64,000 bases of DNA. Source: an uncultured Clostridia bacterium. GTDB lineage: Bacteria; Bacillota; Clostridia; TANB77; CAG-465. Shown piece after piece: positions 1-10,738 of this stretch (its first letter is position 1; each line of letters opens with the position of its first letter). Under the pieces are notes generated by a model, which was not told the DNA's origin, did no database searches, and saw nothing but the letters and a program-made list of their open reading frames with translations. Both the position numbers and the translations under genes were made by a program. The DNA is taken from contig CALWOC010000002.1 in NCBI GenBank assembly GCA_944383015.1, positions 262,383-326,382 of the forward strand. Reading direction: 5' to 3'.

Positions 1-134
1 AGTTTGAAAATTTACACAAATATTTTATAGTTTAATTAATAAACATATAAACATTACATAATTTTTAATAAAAAGCTTGCAAAATAGCTAAAAATAGTGT
101 AAAATAACAAGTGATTGACAGAGGAGGACTGAAA

Positions 135-1004
135 ATGAAAATAATAATTGATGAATTTATTGACAGCTTAAGAGCTAGACAAGCATCACAAAATACACTT
201 GCATCTTATGAGAGAGATATAGTTCAATTTAGCAATTATTTTGAGGAACAAGGAAAGAAAATATTTGATTTAACTAAAGAAGATATGCAAGAATATATTA
301 ACCACCTAATGGCTGAGGGAAAATCTAATTCAACAATATCAAGAAGCACTGCTTCAATAAAGGCATTTTATAGATATTTAGTAAATAAAAAACTTGCTGA
401 AACTAATATAGCAGAAAATGTAGAAGCACCTAAAGTTAGCAGAAAGGAGCCTTTAATTCTTTCAAAAGCAGAGATAGAGAAACTATTAGAGCAACCAGAT
501 CTTTCTGAATTAAAAGGGCAAAGAGATAAAACTATGCTAGAGATTTTATATGCAACAGGAATTAGAGTTACAGAACTTATTTCTTTAAGAGTCGAAGATG
601 TAAACTTAACTAATGGATATATAAAAGTTAAGAAAAAGAATACAGAAAGACATATTCCACTTGGAAATTTATCATTAAAATGTTTAAAAGATTATATGAA
701 TAAAGTAAGACCTTTATTAATTAGAACAGAAGAAGAAAAAACTTTATTTATAAATACAAATGGACAAAAAATGACAAGACAAGGATATTGGAAAATATTA
801 AAACAATATAAAGAGCAAGCAAAAATAGATAAAGATATTACACCACATACAATTAGACATTCATTTGCTGTACATATGTTAGAAGACGGTGCAGAATTAA
901 AAACAGTCCAAGAATTATTGGGACATACTGATGTAGCATCAACAATGATGTATACACAGATGGCACATTTAGATGAGAAAAATAATAATGATGTAAATCT
1001 ATAA
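135..1004 (+). CDS. XerC/XerD-family tyrosine site-specific recombinase
   Basis: ORF 111..1004; RBS gaggagg before ATG at 135; C-terminal RHSFA...LLGH...Y catalytic motifs of tyrosine recombinases; ~290 aa Xer-like size. Confidence 0.65.
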   Translation: MKIIIDEFIDSLRARQASQNTLASYERDIVQFSNYFEEQGKKIFDLTKEDMQEYINHLMAEGKSNSTISRSTASIKAFYRYLVNKKLAETNIAENVEAPKVSRKEPLILSKAEIEKLLEQPDLSELKGQRDKTMLEILYATGIRVTELISLRVEDVNLTNGYIKVKKKNTERHIPLGNLSLKCLKDYMNKVRPLLIRTEEEKTLFINTNGQKMTRQGYWKILKQYKEQAKIDKDITPHTIRHSFAVHMLEDGAELKTVQELLGHTDVASTMMYTQMAHLDEKNNNDVNL

Positions 1005-1102
1005 TAGAGAAATCCTATTCTTTTTTGAATGGGATTTTTTCTTCATTATTGAACATATAATTATTATATGATATAATAAACATAATTTTAATGGAGGATA
1101 AA

Positions 1103-1876
1103 ATGGCAAAGGTAAAAAAGAATAAAGGTTTTATTATAATGCTAATATTAATTATAGTTATAGCAGTAATTGGTGTTGTAGCTTTAATTTTAAATAATAT
1201 TTTTTCAAACAAATCATTAGAAGAGCCAGGAAAAGAGCTTGGGTTTGATATCTTTGTAGGAGATGAGAACATGGCAGTTACTACATCAGCAGATGAAGGT
1301 CGTGATCTTGTAGAAGAATTAAAAGCTGTAAATGTAACATATAAAGATGCAAAAGCTTGGCTTAAAGTACCAGGAACAACAATTGATTATCCTATATTTC
1401 AAGGAACAAATAATACAAGATATTATAGAGATGATAGAGATGGAAAGACTCAAGACTGGGGAGAGACTTTTATAGACTATAGATGTAATGTAAAGAAATT
1501 GTCTGATCAAATGACTAATCTTATTATATATGGTCATAATACAGAAACAGATAATAGATTTACTCCTCTTTTAAACTATAAAAGACAAGAGTTTTATAAT
1601 ACACATAAGTATATTGAACTTGCAACTGTAGATGGTCTAAATACATATGAAATTTTTAGTGTATATTCTACAGATACAGACTTTTATTATATTGATACTG
1701 AATTCTCTTCAATGAAAGAATATGGTGATTTCTTAAATGATATAAAAGATCATAGTAGATATGACACTGAAGTACAAATATCATCTGCAGATAGTATATT
1801 AACATTATCAACTTGCGATTATTCTAGAAAAGATGGTAGATTTGTTGTGCAAGCAAAATTGGTAAAAAATCCTTAG
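1103..1876 (+). CDS. srtB: class B sortase
   Basis: N-terminal TM helix; motifs IIYGHN, LTLSTC (TLxTC catalytic Cys), RFVVQAKLV typical of SrtB. Confidence 0.7.
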   Translation: MAKVKKNKGFIIMLILIIVIAVIGVVALILNNIFSNKSLEEPGKELGFDIFVGDENMAVTTSADEGRDLVEELKAVNVTYKDAKAWLKVPGTTIDYPIFQGTNNTRYYRDDRDGKTQDWGETFIDYRCNVKKLSDQMTNLIIYGHNTETDNRFTPLLNYKRQEFYNTHKYIELATVDGLNTYEIFSVYSTDTDFYYIDTEFSSMKEYGDFLNDIKDHSRYDTEVQISSADSILTLSTCDYSRKDGRFVVQAKLVKNP

Positions 1877-1965
1877 AAAAAATCTAAGGATTTTTTGCAT
1901 TTTAGCATATTGTAACAAATTTTGCGTTTTTTATTTGTTATAATGAAATTAAAAGAGGTGAGTTT

Positions 1966-2269
1966 ATTGAAATATAACTATGAAAATGGAAAATTAACTA
2001 TATATTTAGAAGAAGAGCTAGATATTAGTTCATGTAAAATAATAAGAGGAGTTATAGATGGATATATTATGAAATATCAACCATATGAGCTAGTATTAGA
2101 TTTATCTGGTGTTAAATTTATGGATAGTAGCGGTATTGGATTAATTATTGGAAGATACAATTTAATTAAGCTATTAGATTCTAAAATGAAGGTTGTAAAT
2201 GCTGCAGATAATATAAAAAGAATTATTGAACTTTCAAATATAAAACTGGAGTGTGTACAGTATGAATGA
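1966..2269 (+). CDS. spoIIAA: anti-sigma factor antagonist (STAS domain), SpoIIAA-like
   Basis: STAS-domain sequence (LDLSGVKFMDSSGIGLIIGRY); probable TTG start after RBS aaagaggtga; overlaps next gene by 17 nt. Confidence 0.6.
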
Positions 2270-2708
2270 GAATTATATAAAAATAGAATCAAAGTCTAAT
2301 GTGGAAAATATAGCTCCAATACGAATATGTATAGCAACATTTTTAAGTAGTTTAAATATTCATATTGATGATTTAATGGATGTAAAAACGGCTTTATCAG
2401 AGGCAGTAACTAATGCAGTTGATCATGCTTATGAAAATGGAGAAGATAATAAAATTGTAGTTGAAGCTAAGATAAAAGATAATGAGAGAATAATTATTAT
2501 AGTAAAAGATTTTGGAAAAGGGATAGAAGACATATCACTTGCAATGACACCAATGTATACAAGTAAACCAGAAAATGAACATGCAGGAATGGGATTTACT
2601 ATTATGGAGTCATTTATGGATGAAGTAATAGTAGATTCTGTAGTTGCAAATGGTACAACTATAACTCTTACTAAAGATATAAAAAGAACAATTTCAAATA
2701 AGGTTTAA
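2253..2708 (+). CDS. spoIIAB: anti-sigma F factor SpoIIAB-like serine kinase
   Basis: HATPase_c motifs LSEAVTNAVDHAYE and GMGFTIMESFMDEV closely resemble SpoIIAB. Confidence 0.7.
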   Translation: MYSMNENYIKIESKSNVENIAPIRICIATFLSSLNIHIDDLMDVKTALSEAVTNAVDHAYENGEDNKIVVEAKIKDNERIIIIVKDFGKGIEDISLAMTPMYTSKPENEHAGMGFTIMESFMDEVIVDSVVANGTTITLTKDIKRTISNKV

Positions 2709-2736
2709 AAGCTAGAAGTATCCTTCTAGCTTTTTT
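2707..2736 (+). terminator. rho-independent terminator after spoIIAB-like gene
   Basis: hairpin gctagaag-tatcc-ttctagc followed by T6. Confidence 0.6.
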
Positions 2737-2825
2737 ATATTATAGAAAAAACAAGTTACATAATATGTTGAAAAAAGTTATATAATTTGGTAAAATATAA
2801 TATGTATTTTAAAAGGAGAAAAAAT

Positions 2826-3704
2826 ATGAATAAAACAAAAAGGTATTTAGCATATAATGATAGTGTTAGAGTAGTGGCAATAGATGCTACAGAAATGGTT
2901 CAAACATTAAGAGATATACATAGCTTATCTAATTTAGCTACAGCTGCATTAGGAAGAGTGGCTATTGTTTCTGCCATGATAGCCTCTACACTAAAAAATA
3001 ATGATGATAGATTAACTGTTCAAATTAAAGCGGATGGTCCATTAGGAATGATAGTAGTTTGTGCAGATAAGAATTTAAATATAAAAGGATATGTATCAAA
3101 TCCAAATGTTGAATTACCACTTAATAGTGATGGAAAATTAGATGTTTCAAAAGGGATAGGGGTAGGAACACTTACAGTAATTAAAGATATTGGTTTAAAG
3201 GAACCATATATTGGAACTTGTGAACTTCTTAGTGGTGAGATTGGAGATGATTTTGCATATTATTTTAATGTATCAGAACAAACTCCATCTGTTGTTTCAG
3301 TAGGGGTTCTTATTGGAAAAGATGGTAAAGTAGAAAAAGCTGGTGGATATATTATTCAGCCATTACCAGAATGCGAAGAAAAAGTAATAGACAAGCTTGA
3401 GAGTATTAATATAAAATTACCATCGATTACTTCTTTGATGAGTGAAGGAAGGACAATTGACGATATTGCTATTAATTCAACAGGAGATAGTAATATAAAA
3501 ACAGTTTATGAAGATAATGCAAAAGTAAAATGTGATTGTTCTATAGAAAGAATAGAAAATACAATTATAGCGCTCGGAAAGGAAGAAGCTTTAAAGATAA
3601 TAAATGAAAATGGTAAACTAGAATTATCATGTAACTTTTGTAATAAAAAATATAGCTTTAATGAGGAAGACATTTTAAGCTTATTTAAAAGGAAGAATAA
3701 GTAG
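2826..3704 (+). CDS. hslO: redox-regulated chaperone Hsp33
   Basis: Hsp33 family sequence with C-terminal CxC...CxxC zinc centre (CDCS...CNFC). Confidence 0.8.
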   Translation: MNKTKRYLAYNDSVRVVAIDATEMVQTLRDIHSLSNLATAALGRVAIVSAMIASTLKNNDDRLTVQIKADGPLGMIVVCADKNLNIKGYVSNPNVELPLNSDGKLDVSKGIGVGTLTVIKDIGLKEPYIGTCELLSGEIGDDFAYYFNVSEQTPSVVSVGVLIGKDGKVEKAGGYIIQPLPECEEKVIDKLESINIKLPSITSLMSEGRTIDDIAINSTGDSNIKTVYEDNAKVKCDCSIERIENTIIALGKEEALKIINENGKLELSCNFCNKKYSFNEEDILSLFKRKNK

Positions 3705-3712
3705 GAGAGAAA

Positions 3713-4642
3713 ATGAAGTATATTGTAGAAAGCAAAGATATATCCAAAAGATTAGATATATTTTTAAGTGAAAATATAAAAGATGCTACAAGAAGTTACA
3801 TCAAAAATTTAATAGACGATAAAAAGATAAGGGTAAATTCTAACTTTGTAAAGGCTGGATATAAACTTAAAGAAAATGATGTAATTGAAGTGGAACTTAT
3901 ACAAAAACAGTCAGAAAATATTATTCCTGAAGATATACCATTAGATATAATGTATGAAGATGATGATATAATAATAGTAAATAAACCTAAAGGTATGGTT
4001 GTACATCCAGCAAATGGTAATTATAGTGGGACTATGGTGAATTCTTTAATGAACTCACATAAGGACAACCTCTCTTCAATAAATGGTGTTATACGACCAG
4101 GTATAGTTCATAGGATAGACAAAGATACAAGTGGTATACTTGTAGTAGCTAAAAATGACAATGCACATAAGAAACTATCTGAACAATTCAAAGTACATAG
4201 TATTAAAAGAAGATATGTAGCGCTAGTAAAAGGAATTATAAAGGAAAATAATATTACTATAGATAAACCTATTGGTAGGAGTGTAAAAGATAGAAAAAAG
4301 ATGGCAGTTACAGATAAAAATTCGAGAAATGCGATTACTCATATTTCTGTTTTAAAGCGTTTTTATAATTCTAACGTAACACTTGTTGAAGCGGAATTAG
4401 AAACAGGAAGAACGCACCAAATTAGAGTTCATATGGCATATTTACATCACCCATTAGTTGGAGATGAAGTGTATGGAAAAAAAGATTCAAAATTTAAAGT
4501 ATCTGGTCAAATGCTTCATGCAAAATATTTGGGATTTATTCATCCTTCAACAGGAAAGTTTATTGAGTTTGATTCTAAATTGCCAGAATATTTTAAAGAT
4601 ATTTTATCTGCTTTAGAAAATAAAGAAAAAGCTGCAAATTAA
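3713..4642 (+). CDS. rluD: RluA-family 23S rRNA pseudouridine synthase (RluD-like) with S4 domain
   Basis: S4 N-terminus plus HRIDKDTSGILVVAKN catalytic motif. Confidence 0.8.
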   Translation: MKYIVESKDISKRLDIFLSENIKDATRSYIKNLIDDKKIRVNSNFVKAGYKLKENDVIEVELIQKQSENIIPEDIPLDIMYEDDDIIIVNKPKGMVVHPANGNYSGTMVNSLMNSHKDNLSSINGVIRPGIVHRIDKDTSGILVVAKNDNAHKKLSEQFKVHSIKRRYVALVKGIIKENNITIDKPIGRSVKDRKKMAVTDKNSRNAITHISVLKRFYNSNVTLVEAELETGRTHQIRVHMAYLHHPLVGDEVYGKKDSKFKVSGQMLHAKYLGFIHPSTGKFIEFDSKLPEYFKDILSALENKEKAAN

Positions 4643-4719
4643 TGCAGCTTTAAAATATATATCAACATAAGCTTATGATAATATATAATATGAATAAAAT
4701 TTAAAAAGGTGAATATAAT

Positions 4720-5406
4720 ATGGAAAGATTAAATAAATATATTGCTTCTTGTGGAATATGTTCAAGAAGAAAAGCTGATGAATTAATTTTAAATGGAAAA
4801 GTTACAATAAATGATGAAATAATAAGAGAGCTAGGAAAACAAGTTGCTTTAGATGATGTTATAAAAGTAGATGGAAAAGTTATTATTAAAGAAGAGAAAA
4901 AAGTATATATAATGCTTAATAAACCAAGAGGATATGTTACTACAAGTCATGATCAATTTAATAGAAAAAGTGTACTTGATTTAATAAATGAAGATGTTAG
5001 AATTTATCCTATAGGAAGACTTGATATGTATACTGAAGGATTACTTTTACTTACTAATGATGGGGAATTTTCTAATAAAATTATGCATCCTCGTAATAAA
5101 ATTGAAAAGACATATATAGTAACAACTGATACAAAAATTTCTGTGGAGCAAATTGAAAAATTAAAAAATGGTGTTAACATTGGAAGCTATATAACAAAGC
5201 CTGCTAAAGTAAAACTAATAAAAAACGATACTTTAGAAATTATAATATCTGAGGGAAAAAATAGACAAGTAAGAAAAATGTGTGAAGTTGTGGGCATTAA
5301 TTTATTAAATTTAAGAAGGGTTAAGATAGGAAATATTAAGTTAGGAAATTTACAATCTGGAAAATATAGATATTTAACAGATGAAGAAAAAGAAAACGTG
5401 ATATAA
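4720..5406 (+). CDS. RsuA/RluB-family rRNA pseudouridine synthase
   Basis: S4 domain N-terminus; GRLDMYTEGLLLLTNDG catalytic motif of RsuA family. Confidence 0.75.
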   Translation: MERLNKYIASCGICSRRKADELILNGKVTINDEIIRELGKQVALDDVIKVDGKVIIKEEKKVYIMLNKPRGYVTTSHDQFNRKSVLDLINEDVRIYPIGRLDMYTEGLLLLTNDGEFSNKIMHPRNKIEKTYIVTTDTKISVEQIEKLKNGVNIGSYITKPAKVKLIKNDTLEIIISEGKNRQVRKMCEVVGINLLNLRRVKIGNIKLGNLQSGKYRYLTDEEKENVI

Positions 5407-5425
5407 AATATATCACGTTTTTTAT
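5393..5425. terminator. bidirectional terminator between convergent rsuA-like and rpsU
   Basis: palindrome aacgtgatata-aaa-tatatcacgtt flanked by T-runs on both strands. Confidence 0.55.
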
Positions 5426-5480
5426 GAAAAATACATCTTTTTAATGTACCATATTCTATATAAATTAGTTAAAATAAATT

Positions 5481-5654
5481 TTAGTGTTTTCTTTTCCTAG
5501 CAGCTTCTGATTTCTTTTTTCTTTTTACGCTAGGTTTTTCGTAATGTTCTCTTTTACGAATTTCAGCAAGAACACCGTATTTTGCACATTGTTTTTTAAA
5601 TCTAGCTAAAGCATTATCTAAGCTTTCATTATCCTTAATCTTTATACCTGGCAT
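5481..5654 (-). CDS. rpsU: 30S ribosomal protein S21
   Basis: Absent from the ORF track (<60 aa). Minus-strand translation [57 protein letters not shown] matches S21; RBS ggaggga upstream. Confidence 0.85.
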   Translation of the reverse strand: MPGIKIKDNESLDNALARFKKQCAKYGVLAEIRKREHYEKPSVKRKKKSEAARKRKH

Positions 5655-5911
5655 TTACTTTCCCTCCCTCCAGTTTGGGAAATACTTTTTTATATATAAT
5701 AGTTTATTACTAAGTATTTCTAAATTTACTATTAAATTATACAATATTTTTAAATATAAGTCAAGGAATATGCGGAAAATTATGTAAAAGAAAAAAATAA
5801 TATTTAATCATAATTGTGAAATTTCTATCATAAAGAAAAAAGGATAGTTGACTATGTTTTTTATATAATATATAATTACTTAGAGAAATTAGTAGAAAAG
5901 GAGATAGTATA

Positions 5912-7168
5912 TTGGAAAATAATGATTTAAAAGAAGCTATAGAACAAGAAAGCAATAATAGGGTAAATAGACAAAAAGTTTTAACAAATGCTTTATCTAT
6001 TTCTATAGGAATAATATTTAGCGTTATAGTATTATTTGCTTTATATGTGGTAATAAAACCTCAGCTTTTAGGTGGAAGTAGCTTTACTAGTGAGATATTT
6101 ACAGAAGAACAACTTCAAAGACTAGAAGAAGCTGCAAAAATAATTGAAGAAGATTACTTATATGATTATGATAAAGATAAAATGGTTGATGGAGCGATAG
6201 AAGGAATGGTAAACTCTCTTGAAAATCCATATACATACTATGAGACAGAAGAGGAATATCAAGAAAGCTTAAATAGTGGTGCAAATAGTAAATATTTTGG
6301 AATTGGTGTTCATTTGACATATGATCAAGATAATGATGCTATTAGAGTGCTTGGTAATGTTCCTGATTCGCCAGCAGAACTAGCAGGAATTCAAGCTGGA
6401 GATGTAATAAAAAAAGTTGACGATATAGTTGTTAATATAGATACATATATGGACGGAGTTAATGCTATAAGAGGAGAAGAAGGAACAGAAGTAAATCTTA
6501 CTATTTTAAGAGGAGATGAAATTCTTGAGATTTCTGTAACAAGAGCTGAAATAACAGACAATAATGTTACATCTGAAATAATAGATAATATTGGATATAT
6601 AAGGGTGTATTCTTTTGGAATAGGAGTATATGATCAATTTAAAGAAGCTTATGATGATATAATGTCCCAAAATATAAAAGGATTAATTATAGATTTAAGA
6701 AATAATCCAGGTGGTTATGTAAAAGATACAGTAAATATGCTCGATTTAATACTTCCAAAAGGAGATGTTTTAAAGTTAGTAGATAAATCTGGTAAAGAAA
6801 CTGTATTTAAAACTTATAACGATGATCAAATTAATATTCCACTTGCTGTAGTTGTAAATCAAAACAGTGCTAGTGCTTCTGAGATATTTGCTAGTGCAAT
6901 TAAAGATGCCCAAAAAGGTGTTGTAATAGGAACACAGACTTTTGGAAAAGGTGTTGTTCAATATGTTGAACGTATAAAAGGACATGGAGCAATAGATATT
7001 GTATCGGCACAATATTTTACTTCTAGTGGTGTTGTAATACAAGATAATGGAATAGAACCAAATTATGTAGTTGAAGTAGATGAAGAATATAAAAATAGTT
7101 CATATATTCCAAGAGACAAAGATGCCCAATTACAGCGTGCTATAGACTACATTAACGAACAATTGTAA
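5912..7168 (+). CDS. ctpA: S41-family carboxy-terminal processing protease with PDZ domain
   Basis: N-terminal TM, PDZ region, S41 peptidase core (NPGG, SASASEIFA...K). Confidence 0.75.
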   Translation: MENNDLKEAIEQESNNRVNRQKVLTNALSISIGIIFSVIVLFALYVVIKPQLLGGSSFTSEIFTEEQLQRLEEAAKIIEEDYLYDYDKDKMVDGAIEGMVNSLENPYTYYETEEEYQESLNSGANSKYFGIGVHLTYDQDNDAIRVLGNVPDSPAELAGIQAGDVIKKVDDIVVNIDTYMDGVNAIRGEEGTEVNLTILRGDEILEISVTRAEITDNNVTSEIIDNIGYIRVYSFGIGVYDQFKEAYDDIMSQNIKGLIIDLRNNPGGYVKDTVNMLDLILPKGDVLKLVDKSGKETVFKTYNDDQINIPLAVVVNQNSASASEIFASAIKDAQKGVVIGTQTFGKGVVQYVERIKGHGAIDIVSAQYFTSSGVVIQDNGIEPNYVVEVDEEYKNSSYIPRDKDAQLQRAIDYINEQL

Positions 7169-7323
7169 TATAAATGTTACAATTATAAAAATAAATTAAC
7201 AAAATAACGCAGTATTACTTAAAAATATCTGCGTTATTTTACATAGTAATGAAATTATATAAAAAACTTACTTTGACAGTTTTGATAAAAAGTGATATAA
7301 TTCGTCACATGAGAGGTGATAGT

Positions 7324-7608
7324 ATGGTGTCAAAAGATTCTTTGATGAAGATTAGACAAGACGTTGAAAACTATATTGGTCAAGAAATATGTGTAAAGGC
7401 TAATGTAGGAAGAAACAAATGCATTGAAAGGAAGGGATATATCGATAGCACCTATACTAATTTGTTTGTGTTTAGAGATTCTGAAACAGATAGCAAATTA
7501 TCATATAGTTATTCAGACTTAGTTACAAATACTTTAGAACTAAGTTTACCAACTGGAGAGCCTATTACTAGGTATGATTTCTCCACACCAAAATATACAA
7601 GATTATAA
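7324..7608 (+). CDS. veg: Veg (DUF1021) protein
   Basis: Veg-like sequence (IRQDVENYIGQEICVKAN...GYIDSTYTNLFVF); internal ATG at 7324 preceded by RBS gagaggtga preferred over the ORF-track start. Confidence 0.55.
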   Translation: MVSKDSLMKIRQDVENYIGQEICVKANVGRNKCIERKGYIDSTYTNLFVFRDSETDSKLSYSYSDLVTNTLELSLPTGEPITRYDFSTPKYTRL

Positions 7609-7650
7609 TAAAAAAGGCAATCAAATAGAGGTTAAGATATATGAAAAGGA

Positions 7651-7718
7651 GCTAAAATTGTTAAAATTTAAGCTCCTTTTTTTTATACAAAAAGCACCCA
7701 TTAGGGTGCTTTTATTAT
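7651..7718 (+). terminator. tandem hairpin terminators downstream of veg
   Basis: ggagct...agctcc + T8, then aaagcaccc-atta-gggtgctttt. Confidence 0.5.
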
Positions 7719-7866
7719 TTAAGGAGAGTATATAAATGTATGTTATAGTAAGAAAGAATTTATCTAATGCTGAATGCCTTAAGCATTCAACTAATATATA
7801 ATATGATTAAAAATCTTTTTTGTTACACAGTAATAATTTTTTTGTTTTAAAATATATATGTACTAA

Positions 7867-9408
7867 ATGAGGAGGAGAAAAATGAATATTAGTACAAATA
7901 ATATGAAACTAAATTTAAATAAATCTAAAATTATTGATAAAGATGAAAAATGGATTGAACAAGATATAATTGTTCCAGATAATATGCCTGATGCAATAAA
8001 AATAATAAACATATCTTCAGTGCCATATGTTAATGATGTTGAGATAAATAATGGTAGAGCAAAAATTGTAGGAAAAATAAACTATTCTGTTATTTATAGA
8101 GCAAATGATGAAGAAATGAATATTAGAGGATTAAATACATCATATCCATATACAGTAAATATTGAAAATAATAATATAAAAAATAAAGAGGATGTTATAG
8201 TTAATTCTAATTTAAAAAATATAATTTATTCGCTACCTAATGAGAGAAAAATAGCCATTAAAAACGAAATTTCATTTGATATAACCATATCCGAAAAAGT
8301 TGAAGTGGATATAATAAAAGATTTTCAAAAATGTGATGACATAGAGTGTAATAAATGTAAGAATTCGTTTAATAATATTAAAGAGAGAAAAAGAAGTATA
8401 ATTTCATCATCTGAGGATATTATGTTATCAAAAGAAGCTAGTGCAGTATATGAAATATTAAAAGTTTGTCCAAAGATTAAAGATACAGAATATAAAGAAA
8501 GCTATAATAAAATAATGCTAAAGGGCGTTATAGAGATTTGTTTAATGTATGTAGGCGAAAATAGAAATATTTGTAATGAGACTGTAGATGTTCCTTTCTC
8601 TTCAATGGTAGAACTTGAGAATATTAGTGATAATTCACAGTTTAAAATAGATTATTGTATAAGGGATTTAAATGTAAGAATTAATCCAGATATAGATCAA
8701 AAAACATTAAATGTAGACTATAAGATTGAAAATAATATTATAGTTTTTGAAAAAGAAGAGATAGAATATATAGAAGATTTTTATAGTAAGGGTAGAGATT
8801 TAAAATATGATGTAAATGATGTTAGCATATCAGCAAATGAATTTGATGTTGAAAAAGAAATAAATATAAGCGAGACAATTAGTGATATAGTTCCAGAAAA
8901 TAATAGAATTGTAGAGTATAGTCTTGATACTGCAAATGTTAATCCTTCCCTAGAAAACAATGATATAAAAATTAATGGAATAGCAAAACTTAATTTAATT
9001 ACTCAAGATAAAGATACTGGCGAACTTGAAAGTAAAACAATAGATATAATGGTTGATCAAATTTTTCCAATGGAGGACACATGGAAAAATTCAAATATTA
9101 ATATAACAATAAAGGATATAAGACTAAATGTTACTCAAAATGGAAAAAATGTGGATATAAAAGTGACAATATATGTTAATATAAATGTTGAAAATATAAT
9201 TGGAATAAGCTCAATACAAAAAATAGAGGATGTACCAATCGACTTAAAAAATATTAGTAGTATTAATATTTATGTCGTAAAACCTGGAGATAGTATTTGG
9301 AAAATTGCTAAAAAATACAAAACTAGTATGGAAAATATTATTAAAACAAATAAACTTGAAAATCCAGATCTGATTGATGTTGGGCAAAAAATATTAGTTA
9401 TTAGATAA
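7867..9408 (+). CDS. DUF3794 + C-terminal LysM sporulation protein (SipL/SpoVID-like)
   Basis: VPDNMPDAIKIINI DUF3794-type motif near the N-terminus; C-terminal LysM (YVVKPGDSIWKIAKKY...DLIDVGQKILVIR); ~513 aa. Confidence 0.5.
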   Translation: MRRRKMNISTNNMKLNLNKSKIIDKDEKWIEQDIIVPDNMPDAIKIINISSVPYVNDVEINNGRAKIVGKINYSVIYRANDEEMNIRGLNTSYPYTVNIENNNIKNKEDVIVNSNLKNIIYSLPNERKIAIKNEISFDITISEKVEVDIIKDFQKCDDIECNKCKNSFNNIKERKRSIISSSEDIMLSKEASAVYEILKVCPKIKDTEYKESYNKIMLKGVIEICLMYVGENRNICNETVDVPFSSMVELENISDNSQFKIDYCIRDLNVRINPDIDQKTLNVDYKIENNIIVFEKEEIEYIEDFYSKGRDLKYDVNDVSISANEFDVEKEINISETISDIVPENNRIVEYSLDTANVNPSLENNDIKINGIAKLNLITQDKDTGELESKTIDIMVDQIFPMEDTWKNSNINITIKDIRLNVTQNGKNVDIKVTIYVNINVENIIGISSIQKIEDVPIDLKNISSINIYVVKPGDSIWKIAKKYKTSMENIIKTNKLENPDLIDVGQKILVIR

Positions 9409-9409
9409 A

Positions 9410-10090
9410 ATGAGAATTAAATATTATAAACTATCATTAAGGCAAATGAAAAAAGAAAAATCATTTGTCTTATTTTTTATTGCTTTAATAATATTTTCAA
9501 GTTTTACTACTTTGTATAAGCAAGTAGTAGAACCAATACTTACACAATTTACAAAGTCTAAAGCGTATATATTAGCATTAAGAGCAACAGAGGAGGCAAT
9601 TAGGCCAAATTTAGAGTCAATTACTTATGGCAGTATAATTTCAGAGGTAACAGATGAAAATGGAAAAATAGTGGCTTTACAGACTAATACAAATGAATTA
9701 AATAAAATATCCAATAGTATTGCTATGGATATTGAAAAAAATATAGCAAATATCAGTGGTACTGAATTAAAAATTCCATTGGCTCTGTTTTTTGATTTAG
9801 GAATTTTTGGTGGAGCTGGTGTAAAAGTTAGTATTGAAACTGTACCACTCGGTGATACAAAAATAGAATGTATTTCTCAGTTCGATAGTGTGGGAATTAA
9901 TCAAACACGACATAGGATTTTATTAAATATAAAAACATATTTTACAATTGTAGCACCAGTGTATTTAAGAAATGAATGTTATGAAAAAGAAGTAGTTCTT
10001 GCAGAGACTATTTTAAATGGAGATATTCCGGACTCATATTATAATTTAGACTTAACAGATTCAAGTGAGCTTATTGACTTGACGAACTAA
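9410..10090 (+). CDS. sporulation protein YunB-like
   Basis: N-terminal TM, ~230 aa, YunB-family-like; directly downstream of the SipL-like gene. Confidence 0.4.
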   Translation: MRIKYYKLSLRQMKKEKSFVLFFIALIIFSSFTTLYKQVVEPILTQFTKSKAYILALRATEEAIRPNLESITYGSIISEVTDENGKIVALQTNTNELNKISNSIAMDIEKNIANISGTELKIPLALFFDLGIFGGAGVKVSIETVPLGDTKIECISQFDSVGINQTRHRILLNIKTYFTIVAPVYLRNECYEKEVVLAETILNGDIPDSYYNLDLTDSSELIDLTN

Positions 10091-10125
10091 AAAAATATAT
10101 GCTAAAATACGTCTAGGTGATAAAA

Positions 10126-10653
10126 ATGAAAATATTAATAGCAACAAAAAATCCTGGAAAAATAGAAGGAGCAAAAAGAGCTTTTTCAAATTATTTTGAT
10201 AATATTACAGTTGAAGGTGTTCCAGTACCATCAGATGTCAGTGAAGAACCTGTAAATGATGAGTTATATAACGGATCAAATAATAGAGTACAAAATTTGA
10301 AAAAATATGCAAAAGAGAATAATATAGATGCAGATTATTTTATTGCTGTAGAGTCTGGGATTACAAACCAACTTGGAAAATGGCTTATAGTAAATATAGC
10401 AACAATTGAAGATAGACATGGTAAAAAGAGCATAGGAAGTAGTTCAGGTTTTCCTGTACCAGATAGATATGTAGATGAAATTATTTCAACTGATTTAGGT
10501 AAAGTTATGGATAGAATATTTAATGAAGAAGATTTAAGATCCAAGCAAGGAGGAGTTTCTTTACTTACAAAAGGTGTTATTTCTAGATATGATTTAACAG
10601 AACAGGCTTTTGTTATGGCACTTACTCAATTTATAAATGGTGATATTTGGTAA
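10126..10653 (+). CDS. inosine/xanthosine triphosphatase (YjjX/Maf-Ham1-like, non-canonical NTP pyrophosphatase)
   Basis: MKILIATKNPGKIEGAKRAF N-terminus typical of the YjjX family. Confidence 0.55.
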   Translation: MKILIATKNPGKIEGAKRAFSNYFDNITVEGVPVPSDVSEEPVNDELYNGSNNRVQNLKKYAKENNIDADYFIAVESGITNQLGKWLIVNIATIEDRHGKKSIGSSSGFPVPDRYVDEIISTDLGKVMDRIFNEEDLRSKQGGVSLLTKGVISRYDLTEQAFVMALTQFINGDIW

Positions 10654-10738
10654 AGTATTGACTACTTAATGTAATTAGAGTATAATGATGCAACATAGAA
10701 TCATTATACTCTAAAATATTTTAAAGGGGGGATTTTAA

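Noticed and set aside
7736-7801. 21-aa mini-ORF MYVIVRKNLSNAECLKHSTNI with an RBS, upstream of the SipL-like gene
   Set aside because: Too short to support without conservation. The hairpin gaatgccttaagcattc inside it suggests an RNA or regulatory element rather than a peptide.
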